DNA of 63,109 nucleotides, counting the filler, from Dimorphilus gyrociliatus (lineage: Eukaryota; Animalia; Annelida), in NCBI GenBank assembly GCA_904063045.1. It is 5 parts of 5 records of this genome, joined end to end, with 100 filler letters (N's around TTAATTAATTAA, not from the genome) between each part and the next. Parts side by side here need not be neighbours in the genome. Positions count along the whole stretch, not along the records: positions 20,005 to 46,965 come from CAJFCJ010000152.1; positions 47,066 to 58,457 come from CAJFCJ010000053.1; 3 more parts are not named here. One strand, 5' to 3'. The notes under the pieces are model-generated. The model was given only the letters and a program-made list of their open reading frames with translations, had not been told where the DNA came from and made no database searches. This document shows positions 34,207 through 48,478 of this stretch, in pieces. The first letter of the stretch is position 1, and each line of letters opens with the position of its first letter. The translations under genes and the position numbers were made by a program.

Positions 34207-34412
34207 GGGTCGAGACAAAACGTCCCCTGAAGGTAAATTCTAGGGCTAGGTTTGGGGCTTTTTTAGGGTTGGAAAAATTCAATTTCATTGATTTCAGTCT
34301 ATGTCAAGGCCAAACTGAAGGTTAGGGACAAAAAAGCAGAAGTTACTCTACCCACTGTTGGGTTAGGGTTATGGTAAAATTTGCAAAATAGAGTACGTTT
34401 TGTCCTGCATCC
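34207..34412. mobile_element. Second Mutator-type MITE (206 bp)
   Basis: TIR core GACAAAACGT/ACGTTTTGTC; ~10-bp TSD TTTATTTTCA on both sides. Confidence 0.85.
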
Positions 34413-34759
34413 TTTATTTTCAGTTTTGTCTTCTAAAATTTCATCACATCTCTTTGTCAACATATGTTTGTGAACATATTGAACAGAGCCCATCTAGAAA
34501 AATAAAGAACTCAGCTTATCTTACAATCAAATTGAAGTTTACCTGATAAATAGGTCCAAAATTTTGTAGCCATTTTCTGTTGATCCCGTTTTCCATAGCA
34601 TTGTTAACGTTTTTAGCCCTACAATTTTTGCTTGTGTTTTTCTTCTTTTAATTATTCCCATTCTTTCCATTTCTTTATATCACACATATAATTTTAAACG
34701 GGTTATATGCCATTCTATTGCATCTTAGGGAGATAAATTTAAATGTTTATAGATATGTA

Positions 34760-34833
34760 GCTTCCATAGCTCAGTTGGTTAGAGCGTCGTGCTAATAACG
34801 CGAATGTCCTGGGTTCGACCCCCAGTGGGAGCA
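34760..34833 (+). tRNA. tRNA-Ile: tRNA-Ile (anticodon AAT, eukaryote-type)
   Basis: Acceptor GCTTCCA/TGGGAGC, anticodon arm TCGTG-CTAATAA-CGCGA, T-loop GGTTCGACCCC, oligo-T downstream. Confidence 0.96.
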
Positions 34834-36049
34834 ATGTTTTTTTTTCTTCCAATTGACAGTATATTGAGTTTAGACCCTTCTTCTTGACACAAAAGGCATA
34901 AAATATATTTTTATAAATTGTTTTTTTTTACCCATCTTTCCTTACTTCTATATCCCTTCCAACTGGCTTACTCATTTTGTTTGTAAATATCCTAAGCATA
35001 ATCCAACAATTTAGGAAGATCATTCCAATTTTTCACTTCTCAACCCTCAGGAAACAACCAGTTCAAGTAGTTTTCTGCCTACGAATGCTAATGATGAAAA
35101 GTATAGAGTTTCATCTTATATTATTATCAGATTAATTAATTTTATCTCTGTCACAAGTGTCACACCTGTACTTTCAGACTTGTGAATAAATCTTAAAATC
35201 TAAAATCTTAAATCAAATTAAATTTTCAAAATTTTTTGCAGTCGATTCGATATTTGGCCATAGAATTCTAAGATAGAATATCTGATCTATTCAAATATCA
35301 ACACAAGTTTGAGTAGTTTCATCATCATCAATAATATTTTGTATTGTTTATCTATATGAGAATTCTTGAGAAATAAAAAGTGTGCACTTTAAAATAATTG
35401 ATGATTCATTAAATCATTTAGCTCAATTAAATGTTGCAATTTATTTTCTTTGTTTTTGTTAGTTATTGTCATCTTTAAAGTGATTAAAGAACTGTACTGG
35501 TCATTGTCTGCCTACAAACAGAATACTCCAGTTAGAGCCAACTGATGATATGTCAGCCAACTCTACAGAGATTTTTGGTGAAGACCAGCTACAATGTCTT
35601 ATCCAAGACTACTGTTTGCTAAGTGTGGTATAGGTGCACCCTCTATACTAAAATATATCACAATTAAAGTCAATAAAATAATTTAAGAGGCAGATACTGA
35701 TAATATATATATATATAAAGTAAACTACATAAAAAAATGGACACCATAAATTTTGATAGGTATCTGACAGATTAGCAATGCTGATAAGACTGGAAGGATC
35801 ATGAGGAAGCTGATGGCTTTACCCAAAACAATTATTTACAAGATAAATCCTGTACATGATTCCCAGCGTTAAGATATATTGTTTAATAATATAATATGTT
35901 GTACTTGAAGTAAACAGCATAGAAAATATTATTTCAAATTAAAAGAATCAATAATTAAAAGATAAAATATCTGATCTATTGGAATATCAACATAACTTTG
36001 AGTAGTTTCATCGTCATCAATAATATTTTTACATTGTTGGCATATAATC

Positions 36050-36170
36050 TGGTGACTTTCAGTTGCCAATTGCTTTTAAACATTCAAAACAGAATATATG
36101 GTAACAAGGAAGTATTCTTGGGTCATTATCTAACCAAAAATTTTGAACAATTATGACAAAGTAGTTTTTC
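36050..36170 (-). pseudogene. RING finger (TRIM-like) fragment
   Basis: DPRILPCYHIFCFECL. Confidence 0.5.
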
Positions 36171-36181
36171 TTTGCAGATAA

Positions 36182-36388
36182 GGATGCGACAGAAAACTTT
36201 CACAAATGACTGCTTTTACCCTAACCGTAACCCAGCCCTTGGCTGTACCTAGCCTTTTCCATTATCCCTAAACCTTAGATGAGATCCTCCTAACTAGAAA
36301 TCAGTTGCTATCTTCCTCCTCCTTAGCTCGTTTCAATCCAACACCTGGCCTTGAAAATTCTCATTTGTGTACGTTTTCTGTCAACCCC
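36182..36388. mobile_element. Mutator-type MITE copy
   Basis: GGATGCGACAGAAAAC...ACGTTTTCTGTC; no TSD recognised. Confidence 0.75.
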
Positions 36389-37769
36389 ATCTGGAATCAT
36401 TCCAATTTGTCGATGTAGTTTTAAACAATTCTGGAATGGCAGTAACTATTTCATGCTCTTCCGTCTCACTGCATTCGAACGATGTTCTCATAACAAATCC
36501 TCACCTTACAATGTTTGAATCAGTAATGAAGTTTGTAGTAACAGATTTGACAGATTGTATTAAAAAAGCTCTGTGGAACTGAATTGACTGATGAATTATT
36601 GTATTGGCTTCTCTAAAAGAATTATCTCCGGTATAACGATGACTCAGCTCAATAGTTTTTTTAAATATAAAGTTCTTATGTCTTCCTCCTCTTCCACAGA
36701 AAATGTGATTTATCTTCTTGCTCTTAATATTCAAGTTACCGTATTCGCAATGACTTTGGCTTTCAACATTGCAAGACTCAAACTCGAAGAAAAAAGAAGA
36801 TCTTCTTGTGAACTGCGTAGGTTATTAAATTTAGCTTGTATAGAGAATTCTGACTGAGCAAATTCTCCATCAGCGATGTATCGAATAACCAACAATCCCT
36901 TCGGCGATATAACTATAGGCTATTTTTCTTATTAATGAGAGTACTCAACATACCATAGAAGACTAACGAGACAAATGCTCAAAATAGGAAAAATTGCTTT
37001 AATCTTCACGTTCTACAGTCGAAATGTGGATATCTTCAGAAGATGATTTTTGAGAGAAATCATTTGAAATACTTGAGTGCCATAGGAAAAGCCCTTTTTG
37101 GAAAAAATGATGACCTAATTCAATGCGATTTCGGATGAATAGTTAACAATGAGCATCGTGTGATATTTGACGAATATTTGGCGATTGATAATGAAAAAGA
37201 AGACTTAGAAAATGTATTTGAAAGCTTTTAAATCTTCAAAGTAATCCGGGAATTGATTACCAAATCTTACACATAGCGCCATCTTTTGTTTCATTTTTTA
37301 TGAATACAGATGGCGACATATATGGCATTGTATATAGTTCTGTTTTAATATTTAATAATAATATATTTGTATTGAAATATTTCCATCAACTGTCGACATT
37401 TCAACAAAGTAAGTTTTAAAACACTTGAGAACTTTTAAAGTGAAGTTCAATTTAAAGATACAAATATAATAAGAAATTTTGAAAAAATATATATTTAGAT
37501 TAAATCATCTTTTTTATGCTTTGGATAATAAATCATTAAAATGCTAGTTTTTCTTTAATAAAATTCAGTTTTATTAATTATACCTACAAAACAAAGCAGT
37601 CATTTTTTTCAAAAACTAATTGAAAGACACCTAGATTAAATAAAGTAGCAAATATAGTTAAAGTATTTAAGTGGGGAGAAGAAGCATCCATGTTTACATC
37701 ATTGTGGATGAAAAGGACCATGCAGAGAAGGTCCATTTGGAACCATCAGAGAGAGAGAGAGAGTGAAAA

Positions 37770-38520
37770 TGTACAAATTTATTTATCAAATGGTTTAGAA
37801 AGCAACAAAGAGATTTACTTAAAAAATGAACATTTAAATGATACTATAGTTAGCCTTTTATTAGAAATCAGAGGAAGTTGTTTATTGGATATTAACATTT
37901 ACAATACCAAAATAAATATTAGTTTTCTACTGAAACAACTTGCTCTGTACTCTCCACTGCTCACAAATATTGAAAACAATTAGACTTGATGGATGTAATT
38001 TGAATGATGAACAAGCTAAATATCTGAAGAAATATTTAAACAGTGTTTAGTATTGGAGGCTGTTGATTTCTCATTTAGTTATTATGTGGGAAATGGGTTT
38101 AGAGTGATGTTTGATAGACTGAAATCGTGTTGAAACTCTCTTCAAAATATTTGAGTCTGTTGTTGTTGTGTAAATGGGGAAAAATTTGAATATCTTAAAT
38201 AAAGAATAAATATTGTCAATATTAGAGATATTTATTAGATTAGATGTTATAAAAATGAATGCTATGGGAACATGTTTCATTGGGATGCTGGACAAATTTC
38301 CCTTATTTTGCATATATATCATATAATCCTAACACTTTTGTTTTGCCTGGAGAAAATGAGGATTATCATAATGAAGTTTTTGTATAAAATACTCATTTAT
38401 AATCAACAATTTAATATAAAGAAAATGCTGAAATTGAAATATCAATTAAGTAAAGACCTGGAGAAAGTTTACTTGAAAAGTAGGTTAATTTTTAAAATAA
38501 TCTATGAAGACAATAATTGA
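37770..38520 (+). pseudogene. RNI-like LRR pseudogene
   Basis: LRR-like peptides broken by stops and frameshifts, similar to 30162-30730. Confidence 0.45.
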
Positions 38521-39529
38521 AAAATTCTTCACATTGTTAAACTCACAACTTAACATTTAAAGAACAATACTTTTTTTCTAATTAGGTGAATAATTGTATA
38601 AAGAGATTTTAAATTTTAACCCTAACCAAAAGTCTTTCATTCTTATGTTAAAATCATGATTATATAGTGGTGGACTAAAAAACCCGGACACTGTAAATTT
38701 TGATAGGCCAATTTTTAAATCACCCCAAAAATATGTCTTTTAGTTTGAAATTAGTTTTTTAGGCAATTTACATTGATAAAGGGTTATATTTATGTAATAT
38801 TGAAAAGAATGACAAAATTATCATATTTGTGAATATTAATAGGAAAAAAATTTTTACTAATTTTAATTAATTTTTTCTTTATTTGGCCATGAGATGTTAT
38901 TAACCGCACATCCGTTTTGTCTCCAGTTTTGGATTCAAATTAACATCCTAAATAGAAATTTTTTTTGACCAAACTAATTTTCAAAGTTAAGTAATCACTT
39001 TTGATCTATTTTAATTTCTGAAGTTAACTTTAAATTCTATTTACTTAATTATGACATGGGGTAAAGAGGTTAGGAATCTAGTATTTAAGAAATATGAAAA
39101 GATCAACTTCCTTTTCTATTTTCACTCAGCAGAGGTAACAAGGAATTTTAATAAAAAGTGTTTTTTTAAGGTTAAAATGGAGTATATGTTCATAAGCAGT
39201 CAATGATTTATTTAACATAAATTTATACTACCTTATTTGCCTAATGCGGTGTATTTAAAAGTTTTTTATTGACTATTGTACAAACCTTTAATTAAAAAGC
39301 ATGATTTGACAATAAAATTGACTGATTTCTCTCATTAAATAATGTATATACTATAGATAATTTCTAATTTCTGGTATTTTGTTAATATAAATTATTTTCC
39401 AAGTTTTCTAGATAACTATCCCAAGTTTAAAAACATGGATAATACATGTTATATTTGTCAAGATGAATTCATTGAAAACCAAATCATAGGCAAATGTTGT
39501 CTTTGCTTAAAACGGCCATAAATGAAATA

Positions 39530-39704
39530 TTTGAAAGTTAGATTTCAGCCTGGGAAATGGTTAGGAGGAATAAGATAACTGTTGATATGTTCTTAGGAGG
39601 GTCCCATCTAAGGGTTAGGGGTATTCAAAAAGGTTAGGCAAAAACAAGGGCTGGGTTAGCATTAGGGTAAAACAATAGATTTATGGCCGTTTTCTACCAC
39701 ATCC
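39530..39704. mobile_element. Mutator-type MITE, one TIR missing
   Basis: Colinear with 25510-25690. Confidence 0.7.
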
Positions 39705-39805
39705 TTTAAAAACTGTCATATTAAGTGTTTTCAAGGTATGAAATATCCAAAGTTTGATTTTGTCAGTTATTAATTTTTTTTTCAACCAGCACTTCACCAT
39801 TATGT

Positions 39806-41010
39806 TTGATGTGTTATCAAATATCAAACAGAAACTGTATTGTGTTGCTAACAAGAATTGATAATGAAAAAGAAAAGAAATTCATTGAACCTACAGAAGA
39901 GCTGAGGTTGTCTTTCTCTTTTAGTAGTTTGGAGAGTTTTGCTGACTGTCCATTGGAAACTGGAAATGGGATTAATGACAATGAAATTACATACAACAAT
40001 GAAATTCAAGTAACCACAATGGATACATCAACTACAGAAGTTCAAGATTTTCAAGAGGATTCATTTGAAAGTCATACTAGTCAAAGAGATAATTGCACTG
40101 ATGATTTACATTTCAAAATTTTACCAAATGGCAGTCAAAAAGGAAAAGATCTTCTCATCCACAAAGGATATACTTTTAACATAAAAATGAAAAGAAAAAC
40201 AGCTACAATTTGGACTTGCTCAGTTCGTAACAAAAATAGAAAGTGTTCTGCAAGTATTAACCAAAAAGGAAGTGATTTTGTAATTGGTAAAATGAAACAC
40301 AATCATTCACCTTTGAAAAATGCAGAAAAGCAGATTATAATTAGAAAAGATATCAAAGAGAAGTGCCTTAGTGATAATAAATCATCTGGAAAAAGGATTG
40401 CAGAAGACACTCTTTTAAAATATCCATATGGGAATTTACACAACTGCAAAGAAGTAGCCAACTATAATAGGCAAAAAAATAAATCAGCTGAGCCTGATGA
40501 TGTCAACTTTCAACTTGATTTGAGAAGGCCATTTGGAACAGTATTAGAGATACATGGCCAGATGTTACAATGGTTGGTTGCTCTTTTCAGTGGTCACAAG
40601 CCATTTTTAGAAAAATTCAGGTTAGAAATAATACTAATAAATGTTAAAATTTAATCTAAGTATATTATTCTAGTTTTAGGATCTGGGTTACAGCCCAGAA
40701 TTTAAAAAGAGAGAAGGAGAATGGCAATCAATGAAAATGATTATGGCTTTGCCCTACCTCCCTCATACTTTGATTGCAAATCAATTCTATAAAATAAAAA
40801 GTGAGCTGGCTGAAAGAAACAAGCTTGGAGATTTATTAGAATATGTGGAGGATAATTGGATAAAAGATAGCTTTTGGCCTCCAGAAACTTGGTCTGTGTT
40901 TAACCAATCAATCCGCACTAATAATGATTTGGAAGGATTTCATAATAGACTCAATAAAAACATGGGAATAAACTCATCATTTTACACAATTATTGATGAA
41001 CTAAAGAGAC
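39806..41010 (+). pseudogene. FLYWCH-MULE transposase with internal deletion of the first catalytic Asp region
   Basis: FLYWCH (WTCSVRNKNRKCSASI), jump at ~40520 into (DF)EKAIW..GCSFQWSQ, then intron and RTNNDLEGFHNRLN..DELKR. Confidence 0.85.
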
Positions 41011-41223
41011 CTGAGCCCTATAGAAAATATGTGGCACCTGACAAAAAATTTAGTTTACGATGGGGCACAATTTCAATCTGGGGGTGAACTGTGGGAGAAA
41101 ATAAAAAAATGTTCATACCAGGTTGTAAGTCAAAATCCTGACTTGCTACCAAACTTATATGCAGGGATGGGAGGTAGGATTAGCAAATGTATTGCAAATG
41201 AGGGTTGTCATATTCAAAAATAA
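41008..41223 (+). mobile_element. C-terminal fragment of a second Tc1-family transposase
   Basis: DLSPIENMWHL...LWEKI...LPNLYAGMGGRISKCIANEG aligns with the end of 3497-4489. Confidence 0.75.
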
Positions 41224-43682
41224 CATATATATTTTATACCTGAAAAATAAAAAAAAAAATCTGTTTTGCTGGTGAAAAAGCAAATATATCAATCACCATT
41301 CCGAAACTGATTCCAAACATATAGAATCAATCACAAATCTTGTTGATTGATATTTATTTGTTAATTTACAAACAGTCTGAAAAATTTCAAACTTACTTTA
41401 TGAAAAGAAAATTGAATATTTTTTTATGAATTCATTTGTAATTTAACTTGACATTCAGTAAAAAGTAAAAACAAACTTTTATATGTGAACAATATTCAAA
41501 AAACATTTTTTTTTAGTACTGAGCATGTCGAAAGAGAGTATTGAGATATGTGAAATAGAGTCAATGGATTATCTACTGCTATTTTTGTTCATCTACAAAC
41601 ATTAGAATAATAATTGTTGTATGCCTATTGACTTTATGTGGTTACAAACAATGCAACATAAGGCTCATAGCTGTGTGCCCTCAATCATCCATGGACACTT
41701 TACAATTTGAATTCAATACTACTCTCTACCGGTACTACTCTACATATTACTGTAATTGATGATTTTTTTGTTTTTGGTCAAAATTATTGATTAAAAGTAT
41801 TTCACTCAAACTTATTTGTCAGAGATTGAGATTATTTATAATAAACTTTTCAATAACATCTTGGGTACAATTTCTTATATTCAAAACTTCAATTTTATGA
41901 AAATTCTGATTTTTATCAATATTTTTTCAATTTCAAGAATATTTTAAACCTAGGGGATATTTCGAATGTTGAAATGAGAGACTCTACATTCTCCTTTCAG
42001 ATGTTTGCAATGGAATTTGCAATTGTCTTCATTGAACTCCAGATAGATTGGGTACAATGCCATTTTTCTATGCAACTGCTATTATGTTATTATCTTATTT
42101 ATTTTTGTTCCAATAAACTTATTGCGTGATGTATTTTTGTGTATCCAATACCTTTTTTATTCCTTTATGGAGTACGTGAGCTAATCTGGCAATTTCGAGT
42201 TTTGGCTCAACTGCATTAACTTGGCAGGTACATTGTGAAATTTGCATCCTCTTTCAGAATAGTATACATACGTTTTTCCTATCATTGTTGTGGTTCTTTA
42301 AATAGGCCTAATGTTTTTCAGAATCAGCATTTTAAAAATCTAGTGGGAAGCGTAAATGGAACAGAAACTCTAGTGAAAAAAGTAGCAGCCAGGTTAGATT
42401 TACATGCTGGAAATTTTATACATTATTTGAGAAAGGTTCACAACTGTAATGTTCCAAATGCTTTTTTGCAAATGCAAATCTTATTTGAAGAGTAAATAAA
42501 AATGAATTGATTCAAAAGAAATAGAAGAAGATATTTTCTTAAAATTTAAAGATAACATTGAAGACTGGTCTGAATTGGAATCAATAAGTAGAAAATCTTC
42601 TAGACATGCAGAGATTAAAACACTAAAGCATGTAAGAGATTTAAATTTTGCGAGAATGTTGATAAAAGTCCAATTATAAGAGTTGTAGGCTTATTAATTG
42701 GGGAAAAAATATTGTGGGTAGTTTTTTTTTATCAAATACATACTAATTAATAGAAAGTCGAAAATATGGTTTCCTTAACAAAGGTAGAACATTCAAATCA
42801 AATCTATTTACATAATCATGCACTTTCAATTCGAATAGTGAATTGTGGCATTGATTGTTGGCATTCTTTAAAATAGTATGATGCGTCAGGTACATTGGCA
42901 AGCTACACTAGTGAAGATAATTATAATGGTAGATAAGCAACATAAAAAGAAGAATGATGGAAAATGTTGTTTATGTCACAGGAGCTTTGAAAAAGGAAAA
43001 TCTGTAAAAAGTATAAGCATAAGTAAATTATCAGCCAAACAAAAATCCCTTACACTTCTTTTCATTCTAAAATGGATTAGAAAATAATATCTATACTTAT
43101 GGTTTTACTTTTTACAGATTTTCCTTCTAATAATAATTTAATAAACTTTTTTATATTTCCTTATCAGACCCCAAAAGAGCAAGACTAGAATCTTTCCACT
43201 CAAATTCTTTTACTTTTCTTAAACTGCTCAATTTTAAAATATTTCTAATGTTTCAAATTTGTTGTTATCATTAACAAATGTTGGTATAAAATGAAGCATT
43301 CAATTTATAAACAGAAAATAACTGGCCTAATAATAAAGGTTACTAATCAATATATGTCCACTACAAATACAGACAATGACTCATCAAGCTTATACTTCTT
43401 CCCTTCCTTCATTTTGATGTAAAACTTGAAATGTAATTATGAAATGACCTTATCTATAATATGTCTTTAGAAAAAAATCTGGGTTAACGTCTGCAATATG
43501 TCTGCATCCCGGTCAGTTTAAGGAGGCTGCATATGCTATTTTGCAGGCTTAGATGATTGGTACCAAATTGACTTTATGTAATATATCGGCTTTTAATAGC
43601 TTGTTATCTAATACCTGTTTATATAGGTTTCCTGTATGAGCTAAAAGTAGCAAAAATATTTTGAGGTAGGGTTTGATAAAGG

Positions 43683-43990
43683 TTGAACTAGACCCTAAGA
43701 TCTGAGTTCCAGTGAAAGTTGAATAACTTACACCAAAGTTTCAGGAATTCCACTTACTGCAAAAGCTGAACAAGACATAACAACATAATAGTTCAAATAT
43801 GTAAAAGGTGTAAAAGTGTTGTTTTAGATAATGTTTTAGGATGTGGTGAATGTTGTTGAATATAATAACGAAATGTAGTTTTAAACAGCCTACAAACCTT
43901 AGTAACTTACCTGCCATTGTTTTGTCTTCCCCTTGTACAAAGCCTCACCAGGGTCATATTGACTGTTTTTGAACAAATAATCAAGGGGAA
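43683..43990. repeat. Dispersed repeat or duplicated gene fragment (second copy 57311-57620)
   Basis: Shared blocks GTTGAACTAGA..AAAGTTGAATAACTT..ACCAAAGTTTCA and TTTTGTCTTCCCCTT..CAGGGTCAT. Confidence 0.6.
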
Positions 43991-44399
43991 GAGAGATCAA
44001 TTCTATAATTATATCTTCTCCCAGCCCTTACATTTATTTTTTTTGTAATATTTTATATTAGATTTTTTGTATTGTTTTTTTGTGGTTTCAAGTTGACTTA
44101 AAATTTTTTTCCTAATTATGTTCTAGTTACTGAACTTACTTTCAATGATCTAAGTTTTTTAAAATTGAATATTATAATTGGATTGTCATGGTATTCTACT
44201 TTTGTTCTGTAAGTGTTGTGGATATTCCCTTTTCCTACCAGTTCTTTTTTGGCAGTACAAAGTACAATCTGCAATCTATCCACTTCAGGGTTAAAGGTAA
44301 TCGAGAGGTAAATATTAGCTGCTCATCAGCAACAATTGGCTTTAAGGGTGAAACAACAGAACAAACTACATTAAAGCTTGAAACAAGAACTACGAATAA

Positions 44400-46965
44400 T
44401 GAGAGTCAATCTTCAAAAGAAATAAGTGAACCTTTTATAGATATTATTAAATTTGGTTTGTCACAAACATTAATTCAATATATTTAATGGATTATATTTT
44501 GGTTGGATATAAATGATAAAGAAAGATATATTAGCAACAATTCGAACAAAAATTTCTTTTGATATTAGAAAAGGAAATTAAAATTTGACTTTCTTTCCAA
44601 ATGTAACAATAATGATAAAATTTTGAGTAAATGTTCAAAATTGTTACAAAAACTTTAACATGTGTAAAATGATCATTTTTTTTCAATGTAGTTACCAATA
44701 AAGGTAACTTTACTTTTTTAACAAAAGTAAAAAAAATTAATTTAAATAAATTAAAAAAAAATTTAATAAACAGATATTCTTACGATAAATTGCTTTACAG
44801 TAAGTTTCATCAATATCATTACCACAATCATTTATTCCATCGCACAATTCTGTATGTAAAAGGCATTTTCTATGACAGATGATATCACTATCATATCTAC
44901 AACCTTTTTATAAAAGAGAAAATTGTGATAATATTTTAAATTAATAATTTCGCGATCAACAGAAAACGGCCCCATTTGGGACAGAAAACGGCCACAAAAT
45001 TTTGAAATATATAAATTGAATAGAATAAGTTAATTTAAAATTACATTTTAATGAGAATGATATCAATATTCCTTTGAAAGTATACCAGAGATGAACTATA
45101 AGAGCAATGGTAAATTCAGAATATTCCCTACAGGAAGTCAAAAAGGCAAAGAATTACTTGGTCACTCATTTGTTATCAAAAGAAAAGACAAGACTTCAAT
45201 AATTTGGAGATGTGGAGATAGGAGCAAGGAAATGAAATGTCCTGCCAGTGTCATTCAAATAAATAATAATTTCTCTTTGGGGTCTAAATGTCATATTCAC
45301 CCCCCAAAAAAAGTTAGAACAAATTATTGAAATGAAAGTGACAGCAAAACAAAAAGGAAAGACAGACACCAATGTTAGTGGAAAATGAATTGCTGAAAAT
45401 GTTCTGCTTCCTTTTGCAAATATGGGAAATATTGTAAAAGTTGAAAATTGCAAAGAAATGATAAATTACCATAGAAGAAAAATAGACCCAATGAACCTAT
45501 TGGAAGAAATTTTCTTATTAATAATATTTATTCCTGATGATTTCTTAAAGAAAGATATTCCTCAAAATAATGAAAGAGTGATTATATTTTCCACTTCAAA
45601 ACAGCTTAGTCTACTTTCAGTGTCAAAAGTCTGGTATTTAAATGGAACTGTCAGGATTGTTAAGGATCCATTTACACAATTATTTTCATTTCATTCATTC
45701 CTTAAAAAAGAAGGTAAATTAAAACAGGTTCCTCTTCTATATGCATTCATGTCATCAAAAAAGAAAAAAGCATATAATCTGTTATTTCAGGTAGTTCAGC
45801 TTCAAATTTTCTTTTCAAACTAGAATCATTCTTAATTTTGTTTTTTTTAGGAGCTTGGTTATTCATCAGACTTCAACAAAAAAAATGGACAATGGCTTGA
45901 AATGAGACAGCTAATGGCTTTACCATTCCTTCCATCTCACATTATTCCAATAGAGTTTATCAAAATTAAGGATTACCTTAAATCAATTGATAAACTTGCT
46001 GATTTTATTGATTATTTTGAAAGAACTTGGATTATAAATGATGTTTGGTCACAAAAAGATGGTCTATTGATCAATGTGGAATAAGAACAAATAATGATGT
46101 TGAGGGATTTCACAATCATTTGAATGTTAATGTTGGAGTAAATGTTTTATTTTATTCTGTGATAGATGAATTGAAAAGGGAAGCTGATCTTATACCAGCA
46201 TATCAGAGAATGTTATCAGAAAAGAAAATATTAAGATACCAAAGAAAGCTTTTTAAGAACCTGCAAAATAAAATATTTTCATTTTAGGAAAGATTTGAAA
46301 AACATGAGATGACATCATCAGAAGTTCTAGAAAAGTGTTTTGAACTTTATTTAGAACCTCAATAAATACATCAATTGTTGTTAAATTGCAAGTTTTTTAA
46401 GTTGTAGTGTTATCATATATTCAACTGTTCAAATAAACACACTTTCAAAAACATATTTCATCACTACCATCAAAACAATCCTTTTCCTTATCACAAATAT
46501 TTTTTAGAAGGCATTGTTTGTTATAGCATTGTCTACAATGTTAACAAAAACCATTACTTTTTCATCAACCAAAGATATTTTTGGTCCAAACCTTTCATGA
46601 ATGCTTTTACAATTTTTATTCTCTGATTAAGATAATTGAAATACAATGTAAATATAATTTGCTTTATTAGTAATTGAGAGAGAGAGAGAGAGAGCAAACA
46701 GACAACATTACGTTCTTTTGTATTACATGTTATAAAAATCAACACACTGTATAAAAAAATCTATTAGTTTTGCAACATTTTGGCACATTATATAAAATTT
46801 GAAAACACCAAATTCATTTTTTCATATTTTATACTAGAATATATTGAATGTTTAAATCCAAATTGTTGACAAACAATTCAATGTTCTCTATGTTTAATAT
46901 CAATTATATTTTCCCATCTGCTATTATGAAATACTTGTAATAAACCCACAAAATTTTCAAATGAA
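44400..46965 (-). pseudogene. Fourth LDLa-LRR receptor paralog, split by a MULE
   Basis: LDLa CDKEKDCFDGSDEIC at ~46450-46530 and CDGINDCGNDIDETYC at ~44790-44890 flank the MULE. Confidence 0.6.
44958..46365 (+). mobile_element. Decayed FLYWCH-MULE element with surviving left TIR
   Basis: Two ACAGAAAACGGCC units at 44958-44995; FLYWCH, WYLNGTVRIVKDPF, RTNNDVEGFHNHLN; many frameshifts. Confidence 0.85.
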
Positions 46966-47065
46966 NNNNNNNNNNNNNNNNNNNNNNNNNNNNNNNNNNN
47001 NNNNNNNNNTTAATTAATTAANNNNNNNNNNNNNNNNNNNNNNNNNNNNNNNNNNNNNNNNNNNN
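46966..47065. other. Artificial contig spacer
   Basis: 44 N + TTAATTAATTAA + 44 N. Confidence 0.98.
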
Positions 47066-47464
47066 ATTAATATTTGGATGATTTATTCTATTAACTTTGA
47101 TTGTATTGAAAAACTTTACAATATGATCAGTGCTATTCAATTGTCTTGATATTATTTCTCCAAGTTGTTGTTTGTTTAAGTTATGTGGTTGGTGATGTTG
47201 AACAAGCCACATTTTTTCATCACAAAATTCTTTGAATTTTATCATTTTGTCTACTGCAAGTTTTTCAAATTTATTTCCATCAAATATAGGAGGATGGTTT
47301 TTGTCATCTCTTTTAAATCTTAAAAGATGGTTATAAAATGTTCTAAAGTTGAAAAATTGTTCAAAAGAAGGTGGTAAAAAATGTTCAATATCTATAGTGT
47401 GGTTTATTAAATTTCCATCATTTTCTATTGTTTCAATTTGGTTTTGTGGAAGGTTGTTTGCCAT
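47066..47464 (-). CDS. Hypothetical protein, runs off the contig end
   Basis: Open frame from MANNLPQNQ with protein-like composition; no family recognised. Confidence 0.3.
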
Positions 47465-47543
47465 TTTAGAAAATCTATATATAAGGAAAAATGTAATATA
47501 ATATGTTATGTATATTCTACATAAAAAAAACAACATGAACATT

Positions 47544-48478
47544 TGTACACATACATTCGTCAGCTATATTCTACAATAGAGAAGTAGTATTGAACCAGTA
47601 TTGTACTATGCAGATAGCACTGATAAAGATAAGCAGTAGTGACCTAGTTTCGCATAGGGCAGTGCATACACATTATGCAGTAATAAAACCTATTGAATTA
47701 TATAAAGAATATTTGCTATTTGCAACCTAGCATTAATATTACAATTTATTAATCTATAAATTTATGATTTCGAACTAAAACTAGTTCAATAAATTATCAA
47801 TTATGCTTAAATTCTAAGTTTAGATTATATTCACTATTCAACAGTATTGTATACACAATACTGTTCTTTTTAACATGCATTAATCAGATATACTTCCTCC
47901 TTATATGCTGATGCTAAATTTACTAACTCAATCAATTCAATATCATTATTAAGGTAGAATATAAAAACGGTCAAATATACAATCTACATGTTTTCTTGAT
48001 TGTTGGACTTGTCCTACTAAAATTGTTACATCTTATGCAACTCTCCAACCTTCAAAATTCAACTATTATTTAGAAGAGGAAAACAATAAAAACATGACCA
48101 TATTTAGAACTTTTCTTTGTCTTCAAATGTTACTTTTGTTTTTGTGAACATTGAAATTTGTGAACTATCAACCCTTAAAAGAGTATATAAACCCTACGAA
48201 ATTAACAGTTGATAGTTCAGTTTTCTAACTGTCAGCTAGTTGTTTAAACTAGCTTGTTTAGAACTAGAAGCTCATTTTACTCAATACATATTCTTTGGAC
48301 GAAATACTGGTGTTTTGTTAATCAATTTCTACCGAAATTGCCTTTGTTAGACTATTTGTGGATGAACTTTAAAGGTTCTATTTGGACCAGTAGTTTGGCA
48401 AGTTGGTAAAAGATTGGAAAGGATGATTACAGTTGTGACGAACCAGAAATTCCTACAATTACAATACAACAAAGTACA
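47544..48478 (+). mobile_element. Solo LTR subfamily A, no TSD
   Basis: Near-identical to 5182-6116; flanks ACATT/AAAAT do not match. Confidence 0.9.

Noticed and set aside
36389-37330. Slightly GC-richer stretch with short ORFs on both strands as a viral insertion
   Set aside because: No recognisable viral motif and multiple stops in every frame.
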